A stretch of 64,000 nt of DNA from Eledone cirrhosa (lineage: Eukaryota): the NCBI GenBank assembly GCA_964016885.1, contig OZ024757.1:21328001-21392000 (forward strand), in the 5' to 3' direction. The translations under genes and the position numbers were made by a program. Position 1 is the stretch's first letter, and each line of letters starts with the position of its first letter. Positions 52,922 to 64,000 of this stretch are shown piece after piece. Under the pieces are notes generated by a model. That model saw only the letters and a program-made list of their open reading frames with translations. It ran no database searches and was not told the DNA's origin.

Positions 52922-53325
52922 GGAGGCACATGGCTTAGTGGTTAGAGCATTGGCCTTGCAATCGAAAGGTTGTGAGTTCAATTCTCAGACCGGGTAATGT
53001 GTTGTTTCCTTGAGCAAGACACTTTATTTCACATTGCTCCAGTTTACTCAGCTGTAGAAATGAGATGATAGGGACTGGGGTCCCTATCATTCCACTGCAA
53101 AGTGGTCGTGGAAGTGCCACGGCAAAAAAGCACACAGCCCACACTGTAAAGTGAACATGGAGGTGCCACGGCAAAAAAGCACCCAGCCCACACTGTAAAG
53201 TGAACGTGGAGGTGCCACGGCAAAAAAGTATCCAGCCCACACTGTAAATGAGCTTGGTGTTAGGAAGGGCATCCAGCTGTAGAAATCAAGCCAGGGAAAA
53301 GCGGATGTAAAATGATGATGATGAT
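52922..53325 (+). mobile_element. SINE family B (3 units, tail deletion)
   Basis: Family match. Confidence 0.9.
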
Positions 53326-53494
53326 GTAAGTATGTATATATGTAAATATGTATGGATATGTGTATAAATGCATATATATTTATGTACGTAATGTATATAT
53401 ATATATAATAAGCAAAGAGATATTTAATTTGTTGGTTATTCAAAAAATTTATTTATAACAGATTCGAAGCACTCTACCGGTTTTCTGGAATATA

Positions 53495-53746
53495 ATATCA
53501 ATGATATTAATAAATGGAAACTATATTTATAAAACCATATTTATTTTATTATATATATTTCAAGGGTACCAAAATTTTGGTACGCTCTCAAACTGAACCT
53601 GAACTGATAAGGTCTGGTTCCTTGAGTATGTCAACATTTATAAAACAAATTTTGTATTTTATCTGATGAGAGCGTACCAAAATTTTGGTATCCTTGAAAT
53701 ATAAATATGGTTTTATAAATATAATTTCCATTTATTAATATCATTG

Positions 53747-53750
<4 letters not shown>
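53495..53750 (+). mobile_element. Inverted-repeat element with hammerhead motif (family H6)
   Basis: tattttat-CTGATGA(53663)-gagcg-taccaaaattttggta-tcctt-GAAA(53696). The inverted arm 53495-53590 supplies GAAA-tatata-TA-ataaaata, complementary to tattttat. Confidence 0.6.
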
Positions 53751-53773
<23 letters not shown>

Positions 53774-53778
<5 letters not shown>

Positions 53779-54147
53779 ATACTTGGGGAGGGTCATATTT
53801 GTGTAATAATATTGCCAGAATTAATAACAGAACACATTCACTGTTTGGTTGGTTTTCACTTCTGTATCTTTTATATCTCCTCAGTTAATTCATTTGGTCC
53901 TCAATGTTTACCATTGACTGACCAACGTTCAAAAATACAGTTATAATATAGACACAAACACATATATATAGTCTAACAAAGTTCTTTTGTTGCACATCTG
54001 CAACATCGTCAGTGGTGCTATTATGTTTCCTCCTGTTGTATTGTATGCCTACGCCACCTTTATTTATATTCATATAAAAGATACAGAAGCGAAAAACAAC
54101 CAAACAGTGAGTGTGTTCTGTTATTAATTCTGGCAATATTATTACAT
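53774..54147 (-). mobile_element. Unclassified element with ~75-bp inverted repeat (third copy of the arm at 30622-30722)
   Basis: 53800-53876 versus 54072-54147. Confidence 0.65.
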
Positions 54148-54149
54148 AA

Positions 54150-54957
54150 TACGAACAGCAATGTTGCATGGCAGTGAGACCTGGCAGTGAGACCTGCATA
54201 CGAACAGCAATGTTGCATGGCAGTGAGACCTGGGCATTGTGTGCAGAGGATATACGCAGACTAGAGAGGAACGAAGCTTGCATGCTCCGCTGGATGTGTA
54301 ATAGTAATATACGTGAACGGCAAAGCATAAACGAACTAAGGGAAAAATTAGAAATAAGAGGGATCAGATGTTTACTCGAGAGAAGGCTACGTTGGTATGG
54401 TCACGTGATGCGCATGAAAGACGACAGCTGTATAAAAAAGTGCAGGGCAATAAAGATAGACGGTAGCCATGGAGTAGGCAGACCCAGAAAAACCTGGGAC
54501 GAGCTGATAAATTCCGACCTCACACACTTACACCTCTCCAAGACAATGGCGGTACTCAGTAATAGAGAAGACCCGCCTTGCCTAAATACAAAGTAAACCT
54601 ACTACAGTCAGTAGGCATCTCTAACAAAATACGCCCCCATCCACACCGCCCCTTTCAATGTAAAGTTATGTTGGTGCCACACCATCCAGGCCGAAACAAA
54701 TGAGATTGTGTAGGTGTCACGACAAAAAAACACACAGTCCACGCTGTAATGTGGCCGTGTAGGCAACACGGTAAAAACCTCCCAGCCCCACACTGTAAAT
54801 GTGGTTGGTGTTAGGAAGGGCATCCAGCTGTAGAAAACCCGCCAGACAGTCCTATGCGAGCAAGACAACCACTCTTGCCTCAAGTGGGAATACCCCCGTC
54901 CAAACCCATGCAAGCGTGGAACATGGATGTTAAACGATGATGATGATGATGATGATG
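54150..54957 (+). mobile_element. RTE-2 LINE 3' fragment with a short duplication at its 5' junction
   Basis: ORF 54168-54596 (MLHGSETW...GRPRKTW) is near-identical to the 8550-8960 region; same 3' UTR. Confidence 0.92.
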
Positions 54958-55092
54958 ACCCTTCCCAAGTATGACAATATTTGTTTCGACACACGATTTC
55001 ATATCAAAAACCTCGCAAAACTAAATAATATATACATATATATTATGCATAGGTTATATTTAATTTGTTGGGATTCAACAAGCTTAAAAATG

Positions 55093-55683
55093 TTTATATA
55101 TATCTATATATTTATATATATCTATATATTTATATATATCTATATATTTATATATATCTATATATTTATATATATCTATATATTTATATATATCTATATA
55201 TTTATATATATCTATATATTTATATATATCTATATATTTATATATATCTATATATTTATATATATCTATATATTTATATATATCTATATATTTATGTATA
55301 TCTATATATTTATGTATATCTATATATTTATGTATATCTATATATTTATATATATCTATATATTTATATATATCTATATATTTATATATATCTATATATT
55401 TATATATATCTATATATTTATATATATCTATATATTTATATATATCTATATATTTATATATATCTATATATTTATGTATATCTATATATTTATGTATATC
55501 TATATATTTATGTATATCTATATATTTATATATATCTATATATTTATATATATCTATATATTTATATATATCTATATATTTATATATATCTATATATTTA
55601 TATATATCTATATATTTATATATATCTATATATTTATATATATCTATATATTTATATATATCTATATATTTATATATATCTAT
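55093..55683. repeat. 18-bp AT-rich minisatellite (tttatatatatctatata), ~33 units
   Basis: Direct inspection; two blocks of the tttatgtata variant. Confidence 0.95.
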
Positions 55684-56009
55684 AGATAATAATCATGATA
55701 TCTGACAAGGTTTTGAATGGTTTAAACTCCATTTCAAAGTACCATTTATATGGAAGAGACTGACAAAGAGGTGCGTATAGGGTGGGGTGGGGTGGAACTT
55801 TATAGCTGAGCAATGAAAATATAAATTAATAGAAGAAAATAATCAAAAATAAAATAATAAAGAGAGAGGGATAAAATAATATATAAAAAAATTTTATATA
55901 TAAAAAAAACACTTAAAATTAGTGTTTTTTCTCCTCTTTTCCTATTGAAAGATTTGAAGACAAGAAGTGAAAATAAACAACTCTTGGTAGATGGGAAAGT
56001 AGACATTAA

Positions 56010-57318
56010 ATGGTGGTGGTGGTGGTGGTGGTGGTAATGATGGCTGTGATGGTGGTGGTGGTGGTGATAGTGGTGATGGTGGTGGTGATAGTGGTGGTGG
56101 TGATGGTGGTGATAATGATCGCTGTGGTGGTGGTGGTGATAGTGATAGTGGTGGTGGTGGTGATGGTGGTGGTGGTGATGGTGATGGTGGTGGTGATGGT
56201 GGTGGTGATGGTGGTGACGATGGTGGCGGCAGTTATGGTGATGGCAGTGGTGGTGATGATGGTGGTGGTGGTGTCGATAATGATGGTTCTGGTGGTGGCG
56301 GTGATGGTGGTGGTGGTGCTGGTGGTGATGGTGGTGGCAATGATGATGGTAGTTGTGGTGATGGCAGTGGTGGTGATGATGGTGGTGGTGGTGGTGGTGT
56401 CGATAATGATGGTTGTGGTGGTGGTGATGGTTACGAATGACAGTTGTGGTGATGATGGCAATGATGCTGTTGACTGTGAAATTAGCTAGAATAAATTTAG
56501 ATAAAGGCACTATTTGTAATAATGGAGGTTCCATTTTTAGTTTTATTTGGTTTTGTCAAAATGTCTGCTAATTTCTTGAAGTCGTTTCCTTTAAAAATAT
56601 GAAACGAGGAAACCGAATAAAAAATAGATGTTAAAAAGATGTTAAAAAGATGTTAAAAAGATGATAAAAAGATTTTGAAAAGATGTTTAAAAAAAATTGA
56701 CCTTTTATTTAGGGAGAGGGAAATGTTGAGAGATCAATTCAGTACAGAATGTCTTTGTATCCAATATGTTGTTGTAATGGTTGTTGTTGTTGTTGTGATT
56801 GTTGTTGTTGAGGTTGCTGTTGTTGTTGCTATTATTATTGCTGTTAGGGTTGTTTTTATTGTTGTTATTAGTGTTGTTGCTGTTGTTATTGTTGTTGTTG
56901 ATAGTGTTTTTTTATCATTGTTGTTGTTAGTGCTGTTGCTGTTGTTATTAGTGTTGTTGTTATTGTTGTTGTTGTTAGTGTCATTGGTGTTGTAATGGTT
57001 GTGGTTGAGGTTGCTGTTGTTGTTGCTATTATTGTTATTGTTGTTAGGGTTGTTTTTATTGTTGTTAGTGTTTGTGCTGTTGTTATTAGGGTTGTTGTTG
57101 TTGTTGTTATTAGTGTTATTGCTGTAATGGTTGTCGCTGCTGTTGGTGTTGTTGTAATGGTTGTTGCTGCTGTTGGTGTTGTTGGTGTTGTTTTTATTGT
57201 TATTTTTGCTCTTGTAATGCCTGTCGTTGCTCTTGTTGTTGTAGTTGAGGTTGTTGTTGTAATGATTGTTATTGCTGTTATTATTGCCGTTGTTGTTGTT
57301 GTTGTTGTTGTTGTTGTA
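56010..57318. repeat. (GGT/GAT)n and (GTT)n low-complexity tracts
   Basis: Direct inspection. Confidence 0.9.
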
Positions 57319-57441
57319 GCCATTTTCTCCTTATCCTCCATCAGCCCCATACATATTTATTTCAATTAATATTAAATATCTCTCATCCAAATTCTGTATG
57401 TCATTATATATGTATGTGTGTGTGTATACATATATATATGG

Positions 57442-57483
<42 letters not shown>

Positions 57484-57542
57484 ATGTATATATATATATG
57501 TGGGTGTATATATATATAAATATATGTGTGTGTGTGTGTATG

Positions 57543-57574
<32 letters not shown>

Positions 57575-57605
57575 TATACATATATATATATATACATATA
57601 TATAC

Positions 57606-57639
<34 letters not shown>

Positions 57640-58304
57640 CGTCCCAACCTTGCAAGCATGGAAAAGCAGACGTATGATGATAATGATATATATATATATA
57701 TATATATCCGTCTAAACCCATGCTAGCATGGAAGGTAGACGTTAAACGATGATGATGATATATATATATATATACATTCATATATACACATATATAAACA
57801 CATACACAAACACATACAGGCATGTGTATGTCAAAATGCTATGCCAAAAGAAAAAAATACTTACAAAAAAAAACTTGTTAAATGTGTTAAATTATAACTG
57901 TTGCTAAATTTCCTAATTTCGGTAAAATATTGCTTCCTGAGGAATCATTCCATACTTATCAAATACTCTTGCCTGACTCATTCTCTAGTTTTGAATGTGG
58001 TTTGTACTGACAATGTGGGAGGGTACTGTGCTATCTGTGACATTGTAACTACTACAACCAAATAAAAATATCTTCGTAAAAAATAAGAACAAAAAGATAC
58101 TCCATTCTTTTTTTGTATTCTTTAAATTTCTAGGAAAATTTTGAGAATTTAAGAGATTATATGGTGCAAAGGTAGCATAGCAGTCCAGCATATGGAAGAT
58201 TGGAGTTCAATCCTTACAGGTAATATTGTCAACATTTTTTGCCATTTATAGGGGGTTATATACCAAACTTGTTTGTCTCGACTATTTTTCAAAAAAACAT
58301 GTTT

Positions 58305-58700
58305 AATTCTTTAGCATTCACATGGTCTGAGTTCGAATCCCGGCGAGGTTAACTTTGCCTTTTATCCTTACGGGGTCGATAAAATAAAATACCAGTAAAG
58401 CACTGGGTAATTGCTGGCCTTGTGCCAAATGTAGAAACATTTATTTTATATATACTATTATCTTTTCGTGGTAATAACTCACATAACATTCACATTACTC
58501 GAAATATACTATTATACTTTCATGGTAAAGGAGGCTTTACCTCACATAATATCTCACATAATATCGAATCTATGAGATTTTGAAAGTATTTATTTTGAGA
58601 ACAATACCTTAACATCAGTATGAGTGGCCAGTTACAGCCAGTTTCAACAGAGAGAGGTATAGAATTCTGACCGGTTTGGGCCGGTTTGAACACTAGAGGG
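58305..58700. mobile_element. piggyBac-like MITE interrupted by a SINE A fragment (58322-58440)
   Basis: Ends AGAGGG|TTAA; body is the reverse complement of 31155-31374. Confidence 0.7.
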
Positions 58701-58774
58701 TTAAAGTAACATAATATTCAAAATTCATAATTTGATCAACACTGTGTGAATATAAATATATATATATATATATG

Positions 58775-58833
<59 letters not shown>

Positions 58834-58937
58834 TATATATATATATGTATGTAAAAAGTAAACAGAAATAACAACGCAATCGGTACAGTTTATGGAAAGA
58901 ATATATTAGGTTAACGCTTGATATAGCAGAAAGAGGG

Positions 58938-58973
58938 TCTTAACGTTTCGGATGCTAGTCCTTCATCAGAAGA
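58938..58973 (-). ncRNA. Minimal type-I hammerhead ribozyme motif (family H4), intact core
   Basis: Minus strand: tctt-CTGATGA-a-gga-ctagca-tcc-GAAA-cg-TT-aaga; palindromic AACGTT stem III. Confidence 0.72.
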
Positions 58974-59118
58974 AAGAATAAGAAATTAGAAATATTGAAG
59001 GGACGGGCAGGGCGGAATTGGAAAAAAATGTTTTTAGAGAAAAATAACAGGTCTATTCATGTTGCTATCTCTTGGAATCTCATATGTTTATATGTATATA
59101 ATTATATATGTATATATA

Positions 59119-59511
59119 TAATTGTTTCTACTTTTAGCACAAGGCCAGCAATTACCCCAGTGAATTACTGGTACTATATTTTATCAACCTCGTAAGGATA
59201 AAAAGCAAAGCTAAACTGTGTGGGATTTGAACTCAGAACGTAAAAAGCCATAAGTCTATCCTGCAAAGCATGGTGTCTGACACTCTACCAATTCTGTTAA
59301 TCCACTGCCAGTATATATACTAACAGTTGATTGAAGAGTAGGGTTGGGGTCGTCAAATAGGACCGAGTAAACAATGTTCCCATTGGTCTTTCCTAATACT
59401 AATCGAGGCAGTAGGAGCAATGTGAAATAAAGTGTCTTGCTCGCCCAGGCTGGGAATCAAACTCACAACCTCACAATTGCAAATCCAATTCTCTAACCAC
59501 TCATCCACGGC

Positions 59512-59512
<1 letters not shown>
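59119..59512 (-). mobile_element. Diverged SINE A (59119-59310) and SINE C (59345-59512)
   Basis: Family matches by eye. Confidence 0.7.
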
Positions 59513-59581
<69 letters not shown>

Positions 59582-59584
59582 ATA

Positions 59585-59921
59585 GTGAAGGCGCATGGCT
59601 TAGTGGTTAGAGCATTGGCCCTGCAATCGAATGGTTGTGAATTCAATTCTCAGACCGGGTGATGTGTTGTTTCCTTGAGCAAGACACTTTATTTCACATT
59701 GCTCCAGTTTACTCAGCTGTAGAAATGAGATGATAGGGACTGGGGTCCCTATCATTCCACTATAAAGTGGTCGTGGAGGTGCCACGGCAAAAAAGCACCC
59801 AGCACTCACTGTAAATGAGGTTGGTGTTAGGAAGGGCATCCAGCTGTAGAAATCAAGACAGAATCAGTTCCCGTCCCACCCTTGCAAGCAGGGAAAAGCG
59901 GACGTAAAATGATGATGATGA

Positions 59922-59925
<4 letters not shown>
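59585..59925 (+). mobile_element. SINE family B (1 unit)
   Basis: Full-length match. Confidence 0.9.
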
Positions 59926-60012
<87 letters not shown>

Positions 60013-60014
60013 TA

Positions 60015-61320
60015 CAGGGTGGGGCATAATTCCTGTTACAAAGTTTTAAATCAATTTAAAAATACATTATGTTGCTAGTATAACTAATATATTTGTATCA
60101 AATCCATGCACTATAACCATATTAACTATTTTTCAGAACATTACACCATTAACAATTTGCAATGTCCATAGAATTGAAAATAAAGTTCATAATAGAGAAG
60201 CATGAAAAAGTCCTGACTCCACCCAAGATATTTAAACTGGGGAAAACTCCTAAGATCAATAGAATGTTGATCAAAAGGACAATCGATTGATTTAAGGAAA
60301 TTTCCTCGACCAAAGACAGACCTCAATCCAGACACCCTTGCACCTCAAAAACACCAAAACTCGTTAAAAGTGTGAAGGAAAATATACGCCGTAATCCAAG
60401 AAGGTCCATGAGAAAAATGGCAGAAGAAGGAATAACATCGCTGAGAACTATGTGGAGGATATGTCGAGATGATCTGGGAATGTCACCCTATAAGTTCCAA
60501 AAGAGGCAGCTTCTTTCTGCAGCCACAATTGAAAAGAGGCTCTCCAGAAGTAAACTGTTATTGAACCGTATCAAGAATGGCACGCTGCAAAACATCATCT
60601 TTACAGACGAGAAGTTATTCACTGTGCAGCAGTCTCACAATCATCAAAATGATCGAGTACTTGCAAAAAGTCTCAAATCAATTCCTTCAAGTGTAGGAAA
60701 AGTGTTCAGAACACAGAAACCAGCATAAGTGATGGTTTGGGCAGCCATTTCTGAAAGAGGGAAGTTTCCTCTGATTTTTGTACCTCAAGGAGTTAAAATT
60801 AACAAAGAACTTTACATAAAGGATATTTTGGAAGGAGCACTGATGCCATGGTGCACATCTGTTTATGGCGATGACATTTGGACTCTCCAACAAGATGGAG
60901 CGACGAGCCACACTGCTTGCGTAACACAACAGTGGTGTAGAGACCATTGTCCTGCATGGATCAGTAAGGAAGAGTGGCCTCCCACATCACCAGATCTCAA
61001 CACTCTCGATTTTTCTTTATGGTCAATTCTTGAGAGTGAAGCCTGCTCTACTCCTAGCCAAAATATTGAAACTCTAAAATCAAAACTGAATAAAGTATGG
61101 GAGAAAATAACCATGGAAACTGTTCGTGCAGCCATCGAAGACTTTCCTAGAAGACTTCAAGCAGTAATGAGAGCTAGAGGAAAGCATTTCGAATAAATTT
61201 TTGTGCAGTTGTTTAATAGTATATTACTTATTATTTGTTGAAGTCAGATCTTGAAATAAATGTTTTTTTTCAAGAACTATTTACATTTTATTTTGTAACA
61301 GTTTTTTATGCCCCACCCTG
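60015..61320 (+). mobile_element. Full-length Tc1/mariner superfamily transposon, DD37D (maT) type
   Basis: TA|CAGGGTGGGGCATAA...TTATGCCCCACCCTG|TA; 1306 bp; inserted in (TA)n. Confidence 0.95.
60162..61196 (+). pseudogene. DD37D transposase, 344 codons in one frame with two premature stops (TGA 60288, TAA 60726)
   Basis: IIFTDEKLF, VMVWAAIS, QQDGATSH, WPPTSPDLNTLDFSLW; 37 residues between the second and third Asp by manual count. Confidence 0.92.
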
Positions 61321-61612
61321 TATATATATACATACATAAATTTACATACATACAGACACACATACATATATAAATGCACACACTCTTCACACACATACAT
61401 ATATATATATACAAGAAGAAGATAAAGATAATGATGACGTAAAAGACGGAATGAAATAAAAGTGGTGGTGGTGGTGATGGTGGTGGTAGTGGTGATGACA
61501 CAACAAATAGATATCTTTTCATCTCTTCTATTTTGGACACGATATCATGTGACATATCACATGATATCAGGTACATACACATGTGTGTGTGTGTGTATGT
61601 GTTTGATAATGA

Positions 61613-61661
<49 letters not shown>

Positions 61662-62039
61662 TTGACTGTGTGAGTGAGAGTGTGTATGAGTGTGTGTGGA
61701 AGTGTGTGAGAGAGAAAGGCTGTAAGAGAAAGTGTGTATCTGTGTGTGTGTGTGTGTGAGAAAGACTCTAAGAGAAAGTGTGTGTGATGGTTGATCAACC
61801 TTCCATCTTTATTGTTCTGGAGATCTGTGTGTGTATGCGACATACAGCTGATTATGTGTGTGTGTGTGTGTATAAGTATGTGTATGTGTGTATGCAGGCA
61901 TGTGTGTGTGTTAGTGAGTGTGTGTGTGAAAGTGTGTGTCAGTGTGTGTGTCAGCTTGTGTAAGTGAGTCTGTGTATGTGTGGTGGTTGATCAACGTTCC
62001 ATCTTCAGTGTTGTGTAAATCTGTGCGTAAATCTGTAAG

Positions 62040-63045
62040 CGTGTGCATGTAAGTGTGTGTGTGTGTCTCAGTGTGTGTGTGTGTGTCAGTGTGTGTGTGT
62101 CAGTATGTGTCAGTGTGTGTGTGTGTGTCAGTATATGTCAGTATGTGTCAGTGTGTGTGTCAGTATGTGTGGTCTGTGTGTGTGTCAGTATATGCCAGTA
62201 TGTGTCAGTGTGTGTGTGTCAGTATGTGCCAGTGTGTGTCAGCATATGTCAGTATGTGTCAGTGTGTGTGTGTCAGTGTATGTCTCAGTATGTGCCAGTG
62301 TGTGTGTCAGTATGTGTCAGTGTATGTGTGTCAGTATGTGTCAGTATGTGCCAGTTTGTCAGTGTGTGTGTGTCAGTATGTGCCAGTATGTGTCAGTGTG
62401 TGTGTGCCAGTATGTGTTTGTCAGTGTGTGTCAGTGTGTATGTGCCAGTATGTGTCAGTGTGTGTGTGCCAGTATGTGTCAGTGTGTGTTTGTCAGTGTG
62501 TGTGTCAGTATATGTCAGTATGTGTGTGTCAGTATGTGTCAGTGTGTGTGTGCATGCCAGTGTGTGTCAGTATGTGTCAGTGTGTGTGTGTGTGTGTCAG
62601 TATGTGTCAGTGTGTGTGTGTGCCAGTATGTGCCAGTATGTGTCAGTATGTGTCAGTATGTGTGTCAGTATGTGTGTGCCAGTATGTATCAGTGTGTGTG
62701 TGTGTGTGCCAGTATGTGTCAGTATGTGTCAGTGTGTGTGTGTGTGCCAGTATGTGCCAGTATGTGTCAGTATGTGTCAGTATATGTGTGCCAGTATGTG
62801 TCAGTATGTATCAGTGTGTGTGTGTGTGTGCCAGTATGTGTCAGTATGTGTCAGTGTGTGCCAGTATGTGTCAGTATGTGCCATTATGTGTCAGTATATG
62901 TCAGTATATGTGTGCCAGTATGTGTCAGTGTGTGTGTGTGCCAGTATGTGTCAGTGTGTGTGTGTGTGTGTGCCTGTGTGTGTGTGTGTGTGCCAGTATG
63001 TGCCAGTATGTGTCAGTGTGTGTGTGTGCCAGTATGTGTCAGTAT
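62040..63045. repeat. (cagtatgtgt/cagtgtgtgt) minisatellite
   Basis: Direct inspection. Confidence 0.93.
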
Positions 63046-63194
63046 GGGTGTCCTTCCATCAAGGCCCCGTCTCCAAGGTGCTATAAATCTGTGTCAACTC
63101 CACAAAAATCAGAAACAAAATTCCATTTGAAGAGAACAGAAATCATATTAACCAGACAGAATTTTAGATAGAGTCGATCAATGTCGGATAGATT

Positions 63195-64000
63195 GGGACA
63201 GGAATGCTGGGTCACCGTGCCATAGCTGTGGTCAACATATTGGGACAGTAGTGTTGGGTCATCGTGCCATAGCTGTGGTCAACATATTGGGACAGTAGTG
63301 TTGGGTCACAGGGACATAGCTGTGGTCAACATATTGGGACAGTAGTGTTGGGTCACCGTGACATAGCTGTGGTCAACATATTGGGACAGTAGTGTTGGGT
63401 CACCGTGCCATAGCTGTGGTCAACATATTGGGACAGTAGTGTTGGGTCATCGTGCCATAGCTGTGGTCAACATATTGGGACAGTAGTGTTGGGTCACAGG
63501 GACATAGCTGTGGTCAACATATTGGGACAGTAGTGTTGGGTCACAGGGACATAGCTGTGGTCAACATATTGGGACAGTAGTGTTGGGTCACCGTGCCATA
63601 GCTGTGGTCAACATATTGAGACAGTAGTGTTGGGTCACCGTGCCATAGCTGTGGTCAACATATTGGGACAGTAGTGTTGGGTCACCGTGCCATAGCTGTG
63701 GTCAACATATTGGGACAGTAGTGTTGGGTCACAGGGACATAGCTGTGGTCAACATATTGGGACAGTAGTGTTGGGTCACAGGGACATAGCTGTGGTCAAC
63801 ATATTGGGACAGTAGTGTTGGGTCACAGGGACATAGCTGTGGTCAACATATTGGAACAGTAGTGTTGGGTCATCGTGCCATAGCTGTGGTCAACATATTG
63901 GGACAGTAGTGTTGGGTCACAGGGACATAGCTGTGGTCAACATATTGAGTCAGGAATGTTGGGTCACAGTGACATAGCTGAGGTCAACAGATTGGGTCAG
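63195..64000. repeat. 47-bp minisatellite, ~17 units (runs to window edge)
   Basis: Unit gggacagtagtgttgggtca(ccgtgc/caggga)catagctgtggtcaacatatt; starts at 63242, 63289, etc. Confidence 0.95.

Overview
This is a eukaryotic (animal), gene-poor window saturated with microsatellites. Its repeat landscape strongly suggests an octopus or other coleoid cephalopod, but that is inference only. I find no convincing host protein-coding exon; almost every ORF in the track is a translation of (TA)n, (CA)n, (CAC)n or (GAT)n repeats. The real coding remnants are all transposon-derived: RTE-clade LINEs (one ~2 kb with a near-intact RT carrying an internal PHD-like Zn finger), an R4/Dong-type RLE LINE 3' fragment, a CR1-like 3' end, and a full-length DD37D (maT) Tc1/mariner transposon with two premature stops. 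There are also about 30 tRNA-headed SINEs of several families, piggyBac-, hAT- and Tc1-type MITEs, and several minisatellites. The most interesting signals are non-coding. (1) At least eight type-I hammerhead ribozyme motifs from about six sequence families lie in short AT-rich islands mostly embedded in (TA)n tracts. Several are fold-back inverted duplications that break inside the ribozyme, as expected for Penelope-like or retrozyme-like elements. (2) A 48-49 nt unit (GNRA hairpin plus putative H-type pseudoknot) shows compensatory base changes and is shared by a SINE VNTR, a LINE 3' UTR and a free-standing 1.6 kb satellite. (3) LINEs and SINEs appear to have exchanged 3' modules in both directions. 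All folds were read by eye; no computation or database search was run.
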